Source: Centroscyllium fabricii (lineage: Eukaryota). Taken from it: DNA of 64,000 nucleotides. Position numbers and translations under genes: made by a program. Location: assembly GCA_051313645.2 (NCBI GenBank), contig JBNRSN020000089.1, positions 2,356,001 to 2,420,000 of the forward strand. The letters run 5' to 3'. The notes beneath the pieces were generated by a model. It worked only from the letters and a program-made list of their open reading frames with translations. It made no database searches and had not been told where the DNA came from. Positions within the stretch are counted from its first letter, which is position 1; every line of letters starts with the position of its first letter. Shown in pieces: positions 15,540 to 30,900 of the stretch.

Positions 15540-18500
15540 AATGTCCATCTGTGAACAATAAATCAGACTTTGTCCATCTGTGTACAATACATCAGACAAT
15601 GTCCATCTATGAACAATACAGCAGACAATGTCCATCTTGTGTACAATACATCAGACACTGTCCATCTGTGTGCAATACATCAGACAATGTCCAGCTGTGT
15701 ACAATACATCAGACAATGTCCCTCTGTGTACAATAAATCAGACAATGTACATCTGTGTACAATAAATCCGACAATATCCATCTGTGAACAATACTTCAGA
15801 CAAAGTCCATCTATGAACAATACATCAGACAATGTCCATCTGTGTACCATACATCAGACAATATCCATCTGTGAACAATTCATCGGAAAATATCAATCTG
15901 TGTACAAAACATCAGACAATGTCCATCTGTGTACGATACATCAGACAATGTTCATCTCTGTACAACACATCAGACAATGTCCATCTGTGTACAATACATC
16001 AGACAATATCCATCTATGAACAATATTTCAGACAATGTCCATCTGTGTACAATACGTCAGAAAATGTCCATCTGTGAACAATACATCAGAAATTATCCTT
16101 CTTTGTACAATACATCAGACAATGTCCATCTGTGTACAATACATCAGATAATATCCATCTGTGTACAATACATCAGACAATGTCCATCTGTGTACAATTC
16201 ATCGGACAATATCCATCTGTGTACAATACATCAGACAATGTCCATCTGTGTACAATATATCAGACAATATCCATCTGTGTACAATACATCAGACTATGTC
16301 CATCTGTGAACAATACATCAGACAATGTCCATTTGTGTACAATACATCAGAAAATGTCCATCTGTGAACAATACATCAGACTTTATCCGTCTGTGTATAA
16401 TACATCAGACAATGTCCATCTGTGGACAATACATCAGACAATATCCATCTGGGTGCAATGCATCAGACAATGTCCACCTGTGTACATTACATCAGACAAT
16501 ATACATCTGTGAACAATACATCAGACAATATCCATCTGTGTACATTACATCAGACAATATCCATCTGTGTACAATACATCAGACAATGTCCATCTGTGTA
16601 CAATACATCAGGAAATATCCATCTGTGAACAATACATCAGACAATATCCACCTGTGTACAATACATCAGACAACATCAATCTGTGTACAATACATCAAAC
16701 AGTGTCCATCTGTGAACAATAAATCAGACATTATCCATCTATGAACAATACATCAGACAATATCCATCTGTGAACAATAAATCAGACAATGTCCCTCTGT
16801 GTACAAAACATCAGACAATGTCCATCTTGTGTACAATACATCAGACAATATCCTTCTGTGTACAATACATCAGGCAGTGTCCATCTTGTGTACAATACAT
16901 CAGACAATGTCCATCTGTGTACAATACATCAGACAATGTCTATCTGTGAACAATACATCAGACAATATCCATCTGTGAACAATACATCAGACAATGTCCA
17001 TCTGTGTACAATATATCAGACAATGTCCAGCTGTGTACAATACATCAGACAATGTCCCTCTGTGTACAATAAATCAGACAATGTCCATCTGTGTACAATA
17101 CATCCGACAATATCCATCTGTGAACAATACTTCAGACAAAGTCCATCTATGAACAATACATCAGACAATGTCGATCTGTGTACCATACATCATACAATAT
17201 CCATCTTTGTCAATACATCAGACTATATCCATCTGTGTACAATACATCAGAAAATGTCCATCTGTTTACAATTCATCAGAAAATATCCATCTGTGAACAA
17301 TACTTCACACAATATCCATCTTTGTACAATACATCAGACAATATCCTTCTGTGTACAATACATCAGTCAATGTCCATCTGTGAACAATAAATCAGACATT
17401 ATCCATCTATGTACAATACATCAGACAATGTCCATCTGTGAACAATACATCGGACAATGTCCCTCTGTGTACAATACATCAGACAGTGTCCATCTTGTGT
17501 ACAATACATCAGACAATGTCCATCTGTGTACAATACATCAGACAATGTCTATCTGTGAACAATACATCAGACAATGTCCATCTGTGTACAATACATCAGA
17601 CAATGTCCATCTGTGTACAATACATCAGACAATGTCCATCTTGTGTACAATATATCAGACAATGACCATCTGTGTACAATACATCAGACAATGTCAATCT
17701 GTGAACAATAAATCAGACTTTGTCCATCTGTGTACAATACATCAGACAATGTCCATCTATGAACAATAAAGCAGACAATGTCCATCTTGTGTACAATACA
17801 TCAGACAATGTCCATCTATGTACAATACATCAGACAATGTCCAGCTGTGTACAATACATCAGACAATGTCCCTCTGTGTACAATAAATCAGACAATGTCC
17901 ATCTGTGTACAATAAATCCGACAATATCCATCTGTGAACAATACTTCAGACAAAGTCCATCTATGAACAATACATCAGACAATGTCCACCTGTGTACCAT
18001 ACATCAGACAATATCCATCTGTGAACAATTCATCAGAAAATATCAATCTGTGTACAAAACTTCAGACAATGTCCATCTGTGTACGATACATCAGACAATG
18101 TTCATCTCTGTACAACACATCAGACAATGTCCATCTGTGTACAATACATCAGACAATATCCATCTATGATCAATATTTCAGACAATGTCCATCTGTGTAC
18201 AATACGTCAGAAAATGTCCATCTGTGAACAATACATCAGACATTATCCTTCTTTGTACAATACATCAGACAATGTCCATCTGTGTACAATACATCAGATA
18301 ATATCCATCTGTGTACAATACATCAGACAATGTCCATCTGTGTACAATACATCGGACAATATCCATCTGTGTACAATACATCAGACAATGTCCATCTGTG
18401 TACAATATATCAGTCAATATCCATCTGTGTACAATATATCAGATTATGTCCATCTGTGAACAATACATCAGACAATGTCCATTTGTGTACAATACATCAG

Positions 18501-19630
18501 TAAATGTCCATCTGTGAACAATACATCAGACTTTATCCGTCTGTGTATAATACATCAGACAATGTCCATCTGTGGACAATACATCAGACAATATCCATCT
18601 GTGTGCAATTCATCAGACAATGTCCACCTGTGTACAATACATCAGACAATATACATCTGTGAACAATACATCAGTCAATATCCATCTGTGTACACTACAT
18701 CAGACAATATCCATCTGTGTACAATACATCAGACAATGTCCATCTGTGTACAATATATCAGGAAATATCCATCTGTGAACAATACATCAGACAATATCCA
18801 CCTGTGTACAATACATCAGACAATATCCATCTGTGTACAATACATCAAACAGTGTCCATCTGTGAACAATAAATCAGACATTATCCATCTATGAACAATA
18901 CATCAGACAATATCCATCTGTGAACAATAAATCAGACAATGTCCCTCTGTGTATAATACATCAGACAATGTCCATCTTGTGTACAATACATCAGACAATA
19001 TCCTTCTGTGTACAATACATCAGACAGTGTCCATCTTGTGTACAATACATCAGACAATGTCCATCTGTGTACAATACATCAGACAATGTCTATCTGTGAA
19101 CAATACATCAGACAATATCCATCTGTGAACAATATATCAGACAATGTCCATCTGTGTACAATACATCAGACAATGTCCAGCTGTGTACAATACATCAGAC
19201 AATGTCCCTCTGTGTACAATAAATCAGACAATGTCCATCTGTGTACAATACATCCGACAATATCCATCTGTGAACAATACTTCAGACAAAGTCCATCTAT
19301 GAACAATTCCTCAGACAATGTCCATCTGTGTACCATACATCATACAATATCCATCTGTGTACAATACATCAGACTATATCCATCTGTGTACAATACATCA
19401 GACAATGTCCATCTGTTTACAATTGATCAGAAAATATCCATGTGTGAACAATACATCAGACAATATCCATCTTTGTACAATACATCAGACAATATCCTTC
19501 TGTGTACAATACATCAGTCAATGTCCATTTGTGAACAATAAATCAGACATTATCCATCTATGAACAATACATCAGACAATGTCCATCTGTGAACAATACA
19601 TCGGACAATGTCCCTCTGTGTACAATACAT
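15540..19630 (+). repeat. Tandem duplication of a ~2150-bp satellite block (~74 monomers)
   Basis: ORF pairs 15570/17720, 15832/17982, 15929/18079, 16132/18282, 16325/18475 and 16422/18572 are all offset by 2150. The marker ctttatccgtctgtgtataa at 16381/18531 is shared. Confidence 0.88.
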
Positions 19631-19979
19631 CAGACAGTGTCCATCTGTGTACAATACATCAGACAATGTCTATCTGTGAACAATACATCAAACAATATCC
19701 ATCTGTGTACAATACATCAGACAATGTCCATCTGTGTACAATACATCAGACAATGGCCATCTTGTGTACAATAAATCAGACAATGTCCATCTGTGTACAA
19801 TATATCAGACAATGTCGATCTGTGTACAATACATCAGACAATGTCCATCTGTGTACAATAAATCAGACTATGTCCATCTGTGTACAATACATCAGAAAAT
19901 GTCCATCTATGAACAATAAAGCAGACAATGTCCATCTTGTGTACAATACATCAGACAATGTCCATCTGTGTACAATACA

Positions 19980-21083
19980 TCAGACAATGTCCAGCTGTGT
20001 ACAATACATCAGACAATGTCCCTCTGTGTACAATAAATCAGACAATGTCCATCTGTGTACAAAAAAACAGACTATGTCCATCTGTGTACAATACATCAGA
20101 CAATGTCCATCTATGAACAATAAAGCAGACAATGTCCATCTTGTGTACAATACATCAGACAATGTCCAACTATGTACAATACATCAGACAATGTCCAGCT
20201 GTGTACAATACATCAGACAAAGTCCATCTGTGTACAATACATCGGACAATATCCATCTGTGTACAATACATCAGACAATGTCCATCTGTGTACAATATAT
20301 CAGAATATATCCATCTGTGTACAATACATCAGACTATGTCCATCTGTGAACAATACATCAGACAATGTCCATTTGTGTACAATACATCAGAAAATGTCCA
20401 TCTGCGAACAATACATCAGACTTTATCCATCTGTGTATAATACATCAGACAATGTCCATTTGTGTACAATACATCAGAAAATGTCCATCTGTGAACAATA
20501 CATCAGACTTTATCCATCTGTGTATAATATATCAGACAATGTCCAGCTGTGTACAATACATCAGACAATGTCCCTCTGTGTACAATAAATCAGACAATGT
20601 CCATCTGTGTACAAAAAAACAGACTATGTCCATCTGTGTACAATACATCAGACAATGTCCATCTATGAACAATAAAGCAGACAATCTCCATCTTGTGTAC
20701 AATACATCAGACAATGTCCATCTGTGTACAATACATCAGACAATGTCCAGCTGTGTACAATACATCAGACAATGTCCATCTGTGTACAATACATCGGACA
20801 ATATCCATCTGTGTACAATACATCAGACAATGTCCATCTGTGTACAATATATCAGACAATATCCATCTGTGTACAATACATCAGACTATGTCCATCTGTG
20901 AACAATACATCAGACAATGTCCATTTGTGTACAATACATCAGAAAATGTCCATCTGTGAACAATACATCAGACTTTATCCATCTGTGTATAATACATCAG
21001 ACAATGTCCATTTGTGTACAATACATCAGAAAATGTCCATCTGTGAACAATAAATCAGACTTTATCCATCTGTGTATAATACA
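19980..21083 (+). repeat. Tandem duplication of a 552-bp satellite block (19 monomers)
   Basis: Rare marker acaaaaaaacagactatg at 20059 and 20611. ORF pairs 19980/20532, 20172/20724 and 20365/20917 are offset by 552. Confidence 0.88.
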
Positions 21084-24000
21084 TCAGACAATATCCATCT
21101 GTGTGCAATACATCAGACAATGTCCACCTATGTACAATACATCAGACAATATACATCTGTGAACAATACATCAGACAATATCCATCTGTGTACACTACAT
21201 CAGGCAATATCCATCTGTGTATAATACATCAGACAATGTCCATCTGTGTACAATACATCAGGAAATATCCATCTGTGAACAATACATCAGACAATATCCA
21301 CCTGTGTAAAATACATCAGACAATATCAATCTGTGTACAATACATCAAACAGTGTCCATCTGTGAACAATAAATCAGACATTATCCATCTATGAACAATA
21401 CATCAGACAATATCCATCTGTGAACAATAAATCAGACAATGTCCCTCTGTGTACAATACATCAGACAATGTCCATCTTGTGTACAATACATCAGACAATG
21501 TCCATCTGTGTACAATACATCAGACAATGTCTATCTGCGAAAAATACATCAGACAATGTCCATCTGTGTACAATACATCAGACAATGTCCATCTGTGTAC
21601 AATACATCAGACAATGTCCATCTTGTGTAGAATACATCAGACAATGTCCATCTGTGTACAATACATCAGACAATGTCCAGCTGTGTACAATACATCAGAC
21701 AATGTCCCTCTGTGTACAATAAATCAGACAATGTCCATCTGTGTACAATACATCCGACAATATCCATCTGTGAATAATACTTCAGACAACTCCATCTATG
21801 AACAATACATCAGACAATGTCCATCTGTGTACCATACATCGGACAATATCCATCTGTGTACAATTAATTAGACAATATCCATCTGTGAACAATACATCAG
21901 ACAATGTCCATCTGTTTACAATACATCAGAAAATATCCATCTGTGAACAATGCATCAGACAATATCCATCTTTGTACAATACATCAGACAATATCCTTCT
22001 GTGTACAATACACCAGTCAATGTCCATCTGTGAACAATAAATCAGACATTATCCATCTATGAACAATACATCAGACAATGTCCATCTGTGAACAATACAT
22101 CGGACAATGTCCCTCTGTGTACAATACAACAGGCAGTGTCCATTTTGTGTACAATACATCAGACAATGTCCATCTGTGTACAATAAATCAGAAAATGTCT
22201 ATCTGTGAACAATACATCAGACAATGTCCATCTGTGTACAATACATCAGACAATGTCCATCTGTGTACAATACATCAGACAATGTCCATCTTGTGTACAA
22301 TACATCAGACAATGTCCATCTGTGTATAATACATCAGACAATGTCCATCTGTGTACAATACATCAGACAATGTCCATCTGTGTACAATAAATCAGACTAT
22401 GTCCATCTGTGTACAATACATCAGACAATGTCCATCTATGAACATTACAGCAGACAATGTCCATCTTGTGTACACTACATCAGACAATGTCCATCTGTGT
22501 ACAATACATCAGACAATGTCCAGCTGTGTACAAAGCATCAGACAATGTCCCTCTGTGTACAATATATCAGACAATGTCCATCTGTGTACAATAAATCCGA
22601 CAATATCCATCAGTGAACTATACTTCAGACAAAGTCCATCTATGAACAATACATCAGACAATGTCCATCTGTGTACCACACATCAGACAAAATCCATCTG
22701 TGAACAATTCATGAGAAAATATCAATCTGTGTACAATACATCAGATAATGTCCATCTGTGTACAATACATCAGACAATATCCATCTATGAACAATACTTC
22801 AGACAATGTCCATCTGTGTACAATACATCAGACAATGTCTATCTGTGAACAATACTTCAGACAATGTCCATCTCTGTACAATACATCAGACAATGTCCAT
22901 CTGTGAACAATACATCAGAAAATGTCCATCTGTGTACAATACATCAGACATTGTCCATCTTGTGTACAATACACCAGACAATGTCCATCTGTGAACAATA
23001 CATCAGACAATATCCATCTGTGAACAATACTTCAGACAAAGTCCATCTATGAACAATACATCAGACAATGTCCACCTGTGTACAATACATCAGACAATAT
23101 AAATCTGTGAACAATACATCAGACAATATCCATCTGTGTACACTACATCAGACAATATCCATCTGTATACAATACATCAGACAATGTCCATCTGTGTACA
23201 ATACATCAGGAAATATCCATCTGTGAACAATACATCAGACAATATCCACCTGTGTACAATACATCAGACAATATCAATCTGTGTACAATACCTCAGACAA
23301 TGTCCATCTGTGAGCAATAAATCAGACATTATCCATCTATGAACAATACATTAGACAATATCCATCTGTGAACAATATATCAGACAATTTCCATCTCTGT
23401 ACAATACATCAGACAATGTCCAGCTGTGTACAATATATCAGACAATGTCCCTCTGTGTACAATAAATCAGACAATGTCCATCTTTGTACAATACATCCGA
23501 CAATATCCATCTGTGAACATTACTTCAGACAAAGTCCATCTATGAACCATACATCAGACAATGTCCATCTGTGTACCATACATCAGACAATATCAATCTG
23601 TGTACAATACATCAGACAATATCCATCTGTGTACAATACATCAGACAATGTCCATCTGTTTACAATTCATCAGAAAATTTCCATCTGTGAACAATACATC
23701 AGACAATATCCATCTTTGTACAATACATAAGACAATATCCTTCTGTGTACAATACATCAGTCAATGTCCATCTGTGAACAATAAATCAGACATTATCCAT
23801 CTATGAACAATACATCAGACAATGTCCATCTGTGAACAATACATCGGACAATGTCCCTCTGTGTACAATACATCAGACAATGTCCATCTGTGTACAATAC
23901 ATCAGACAATGTCCATCTGTGTACAATACATCAGACAATGTCCATCTTGTGTACAATACATCAGACAATGTCCATCTGTGTACAATATATCAGACAATGT

Positions 24001-27000
24001 CCATCTGTGTACAATACATCAGACAATGTCCATCTGTGTACAATAAATCAGACTATGTCCATCTGCGTACAATACATCAGGTAATGTCCATCTATGAACA
24101 ATAAAGCAGACAATGTCCATCTTGTGTACAATACATCAGACAATGTCCATCTGTGTACAATACATCAGACAATGTCCAGCTGTGTACAATACATCAGACA
24201 ATGTCCCTCTGTGTACAATAAATCAGACAATGTCCATCTGTGTACCATACATCAGACAATATCCATCTGTGAACAATTCATCAGAAAATATCAATCTGTG
24301 TACAATACATCAGACAATGTCCATCTGTGTACGATACATCAGACAATGTTCATCTCTGTACAACACATCAGACAATGTCCATCTGTGTACAATACATCAG
24401 ACAATATCCATCTATGAACAATAATTCAGACAATGTCCATCTGTGTACAATACATCAGAAAATGTCCATCTGTGAACAATAGATCAGACATTATCCTTCT
24501 TTGTACAATACATCAGACAATGTCCATCTGTGTACAATACATCAGATAATATCCATCTGTGTACAATACATCAGAAAATGTCCATCTGTGAACATTACAT
24601 CGGACAATATCCATCTGTGTACAATTCATCAGACAATGTCCATCTGTGTACAATATATCAGACAATATCCATCTGTGTACAATACATCAGACTATGTCCA
24701 TCTGTGAACAATACATCAGACAATGTCCATTTGTGTACAATACATCAGAAAATGTCCATCTGTGAACAATACATCAGACTTTATCCATCTGTGTATAATA
24801 CATCAGACAATGTCCATCTGTGGACAATACATGAGACAATATCCATCTGTGTGCAATACATCAGACAATGTCCACCTGTGTACAATACATCAGACAATAT
24901 ACATCTGTGAACAATACATCAGACAATATCCATCTGTGTACACTACATCAGACAATATCCATCTGTGTACAATATATCAGACAATGTCCATCTGTGTACA
25001 ATACATCAGGAAATATCCATCTGTGAACAATACATCAGACAATATCCACCTGTGTACAATACATCAGACAATATCAATCTGTGTACAATACATCAAACAA
25101 TGTCCATCTGTGAACAATAAATCAAACATTATCCATCTATGAACAATACATCAGACAATATCCATCTGTGAACAATAAATCAGACAATGTCCCTCTGTGT
25201 ACAATACATCAGACAATTTCCATCTTGTGTACAGTAAATCAGACAATGTCCATCTGTGTACAATACATCAGACAATGTCTATCTGTGAAAAATACATCAG
25301 ACAATGTCCATCTGTGTACAATACATCAGACAATGTCCATCTGTGTACAAGACATCAGACAATGTCCATCTTTTGTAGAATACATCAGACAATGTCCATC
25401 TGTGTACAATACATCAGACAATGTCCAGCTGTGTACAATACATCAGACAATGTCCCTCTGTGTACAATAAATCAGACAATGTCCATCTGTGTACAATACA
25501 ACCGAAAATATCCATCTGTGAACAATACTTCAGACAACTCCATCTATGAACAATACATCAGACAATGTCCATCTTTATACCATACATCAGACAATATCCA
25601 TCTGTGTACAATACATTAGACAATATCCATCTGTGTACAATACATCAGACAATGTCCATCTGTTTACAATACATCAGACAATGTCCATCTGTGTACCACA
25701 CATCAGACAAAATCCATCTGTGAACAACTCATCAGAAAATATCAATCTGTGTGCAATGCATCAGACAATGTCCATCTGTGTACGATACATCAGACAATGT
25801 TCATCTCTGTACAACACATCAGACAATGTCCATCTGTGTACAATACATCAGACAATATCCATCTATGAACAATAATTCAGACAATGTCCATCTGTGTACA
25901 ATACATCAGACAATGTCTATCTGTGAACAATACTTCAGACAATGTCCATCTCTGCACAATACATCAGACAATGTCCAGCTGTGTACAAGACATCAGACAA
26001 TGTCCCTCTGTGTACAATAAATCAGACAATGTCGATCTGTGTACAATACATCCGACAATATACATCTGTGAACAATACTTCAGACAAAGTCCATCTATGA
26101 ACAATACATCAGACAATGTCCATCTGTGTACCATACATAAGACAATATCCATCTGTGCACAATACATCAGACAATGTCCATCTGTTTACAGTACATCAGA
26201 AAATATACATCTGTGAACAATACATCAGACAATATCCATCTTTGTACAATAAATCAGACAATATCCTTCTGTGTACAATACATCAGTCAATGTCCATCTG
26301 TGAACAATAAATCAGACATTATCCATCTATGAACAATACATCAGACAATGTCCATCTGTGAACAATACATCGGACAATGTCCCTCTGTTTACAATACATC
26401 AGACAGTGTCCATCTTGTGTACAATACATCAGACAATGTCCATCTGTGTACAATAGATCAGACAATGTCTATCTGTGAACAATACATCAGACAATGTCCA
26501 TCTGTGTACAATACATCAGACAATGTCCATTTGTGTACTATACATCAGACAATGTCCATCTTGTGTACAATACATCAGACAATGTCCATCTGTGTACAAT
26601 ACATCAGACAATGTCCCTCTGTGTACAATATATCAGACAATGTCCATCTGTGTACAATAAATCAGACTTTGTCCATCTGTGTACAATACATCAAACAATG
26701 TCCATCTATGAACAATACAGCAGACAATGTCCATCTTGTGTACAAAACATAAGACAATGTCCATCTGTGTACAATACATCAGACAATGTCCAGCTGTGTA
26801 CAATACATCAGACAATGTCCCTCTGTGTACAATAAATCAGACAGTGTCCATCTGTGTACAATAAATCCGACAATATCCATCTGCGAACAATACTTCAGAC
26901 AAACTCCATCTATGAACAATACATCAGACAATGTCCAGCTGTGTACCATACATCAGACAATATCCATCTGTGAACAATTCATCAGAAAATATCAATCTGT

Positions 27001-27999
27001 GTACAGTACATCAGACAATGTCCATCTGTGTACGATACATCAGACAATGTTCATCTCTGTACAACACATCAGACAATGTCCATCTGTGTACAATACATCA
27101 GACAATATCCATCTATGAACAATACTTCAGACAATGTCCATCTGTGTACAATACGTCAGAAAATGTCCATCTGTGAACAATACATCAGACATTATCCTTC
27201 TTTGTACAATACATCAGACAATGTCCATCTGTGTACAATACATCAGATAATATCCATCTGTGTACAATACATCAGACAATGTCCATCTGTGTACAATACA
27301 TCGGAAAATATCCATCTGTGTACAATACATCAGACAATGTCCATCTGTGTACAATATATCAGACAATATCCATCTGTGTACAATACATCAGACTATGTCC
27401 ATCTGTGAACAATACATCAGCCAATGTCCATTTGTGTACAATACATCAGAAAATGTCCATCTGTGAACAATACATCAGACTTTATCCATCTGTGTATAAT
27501 ACATCAGACAATGTCCATCTGTTGACAATACATCAGACAATATCCATCTGTGTGCAATACATCAGACAATGTCCATCTGTGTACAATACATCAGACAATA
27601 TCCATCTGTGTACAATACATCAGACAATATCCATCTGTGTACAGTACATCTGACAATGACCATCTGTGTACAATACATCAGACAATGTCCATCTGTGAAC
27701 AATACATCAGACAATGTCCATCTGTGAACAATACATCAGACAATGTCCATCTATGAACAATAAATCAGACATTGACCATCTGTGTACAATACATCAGACA
27801 ATGTCCAGCTGTGTACAATATATCAGACAATGTCAATCTGTGAACAATACATCAGACGTTGTCCAGCTGTGAACAATACATCAGACAATGTCCATTTGTG
27901 TACAATACATCAGTAAATGTCCATCTGTGAAAAATACATCAGACTTTATCCATCTGTGTATAATACATCAGACAATGTCCATCTTTGGACAATACATCA

Positions 28000-30900
28000 G
28001 ACAATATCCATCTGTGTGCAATACATCAGACAATGTCCACCTGTGTACAATACATCAGACAATATACATCTGTGAACAATACATCAGACAATATCCATCT
28101 GTGTACACTAAATCAGACAATATCCATCTGTGTACAATACATCAGACAATGTCCATCTGTGTACAATACATCAGGAAATATCCATCTGAGAACAATACAT
28201 CAGACAATATCCACCTGTGTACAATACATCAGACAATATCAATCTGTGTACAATACATCAAACAATGTCCATCTGTGAACAATAAATCAGACATTATCCA
28301 TATATGAACAATAAATCAGACAATATCCATCTGTGAACAATAAATCAGAAAATGTCCCTCTGTGTACAATACATCAGACAATGTCCATCTTGTGTACAAT
28401 ACAACAGACAATGTCCATCTGTGTACAATACATCAGACAATGTCTATCTGTGAAAAATACATCAGACAATGTCCATCTGTGTACAATACATCAGACAATG
28501 TCCATCTGTGTACAATACATCAGACAATGTCCATCTTGTGTAGAATACATCAGACAATGTCCATCTGTGTACAATACATCAGACAATGTCCAGCTGTGTA
28601 GAATGCATCAGAAAATGTCCCTCTGTGTTCAATAAATCAGACAATGTCCATCTGTGTACAATACATCCGAAAATATCCATCTGTGAACAATACTTCAGAC
28701 AACTCCATCTATGAACAATACATCAGACAATGTCCATCTGTGTACCATACATCAGACAATATCCATCTGTGTACAATACTTTAGACAATATCCATCTGTG
28801 TACAATACATCAGACAATGTCCGTCTGTTTACAATACATCAGAAAATATCCATCTGTGAACAATACATCAGACAATATCCATCTTTGTACAATACATCAG
28901 ACAATATTCTTCTGTGTACAATACACCAGTCAATGTCCTTCTGTGAACAATAAATCAGACATTATGCATCTATGAACAATACATCAGACAATGTCCATCT
29001 GTGAACAATGCATCGGACAATGTCCCTCTGTGTACAATACATCAGACAGTGTCCATTTTGTGTACAATACATCAGACAATGTCCATCTGTGTACAGTACA
29101 TCAGACAATGTCTATCTGTGAACAATACATCGGACCATGTCCATTTGTGTACAATAAATCAGACAATGTCCATCTGTGTACAATACATCAGGAAATGTCC
29201 ATCTGTGAACAATACATCATACAATATCCACCTGTGTACAATACATCAGACAATATCAATCTGTGTACAATACATCAAACAATGTCCATCTGTGAACAAT
29301 AAATCAGACATTATCCATCTATGAACAATACATCAGACAATATCCATCTGTGAACAATAAATCAGACAATGTCCCTCTGTGTACAATACATCAGACAATG
29401 TCCATCTTGTGTACAATACATCAGACAATGTCCATCTGTGTACAATACATCAGAAAATGTCTATCTGTGAAAAATACATCAGACAATGTCCATCTGTGTA
29501 CAATACATCAGACAATGTCCATCTGTGTACAATACATCAGACAATGTCCATCTTGTGTAGAATACATCAGACAATGTCCATCTGTGTACAATACATCAGA
29601 CAATGTCCAGCTGTGTAGAATACATCAGACAATGTCCCTCTGTGTTCAATAAATCAGACAATGTCCATCTGTGTACAATACATCCGAAAATATCCATCTG
29701 TGAACAATACTTCAGACAACTCCATCTATGAACAATACATCAGCCAAGGACCATCTGTGTACCATACATCAGACAATATCCATCTGTGTACAATACTTTA
29801 GACAATATCCATCTGTGTACAATACATCAGACAATGTCCATCTGTTTACAATACATCAGAAAATGTCCATCTGTGAACAATACATCAGACAATATCCATC
29901 TTTGTGCAATTCATCTGACAATATCCTTCTGTGTACAATACACCAGTCAATGTCCATCTGTGAACAATAAATCAGACATTATCCATCTATGAACAATACA
30001 TCAGACAATGTCCATCTGTGAAAAATACATCGGACAATGTCCCTCTGTGTACAATACATCAGACAGTGTCCATTTTGTGTACAATACATCAGACAATGTC
30101 CATCTGTGTACATTACATCAGACAATGTCTATCTGTGAACAATATATCAGACCATGTCCATCTGTGTACAATACATCAGACAATGTCCATCTGTGTACAA
30201 TACATCAGACAATGTCCATCTTGTGTACAATATATCAGACAATGTCCATCTGTGTACAACACATCAGACAATGTCCATCTGTGTACAATACATCAGACAA
30301 TGTCCATCTGTGTACAATAAATCAGACTATGTCCATCTGTGTACAATACATCAGACAATGTCCATCTATGAACAATACAGCAGACAATGTCCATCTTGTG
30401 TACAATACATCAGACAATGTCAATCTGTGTACAATACATCAGACAATGTCCAGCTGTGTACAAAGCATCAGACAATGTCCCTCTGTGTACAATAAATCAG
30501 ACAATGTCCATCTGTGTACAATAAATCCGACAATATCCATCTGTGAACAATACTTCAGACAAAGTCCATCTATGAACAATACATGAGACAATGTCCATCT
30601 GTGTACCACACATCAGACAAAATCCATCTGTGAACAATTCATTAGAAAACATCAATCTGTGTACAATACATCAGACAATGTCCATCTGTGTACGATACAT
30701 CAGACAATGTTCATCTCTGTACAACACATCAGACAATGTCCATCTGTGTACAATACATCAGACAATATCCATCTATGAACAATACTTCAGACAATGTCCA
30801 TCTGTGTACAATACATCAGACAATGTCTATCTGTGAACAATAATTCAGACAATGTCCATCACTGTACAATACATCAGACAATGTCCATCTGTGAACAATA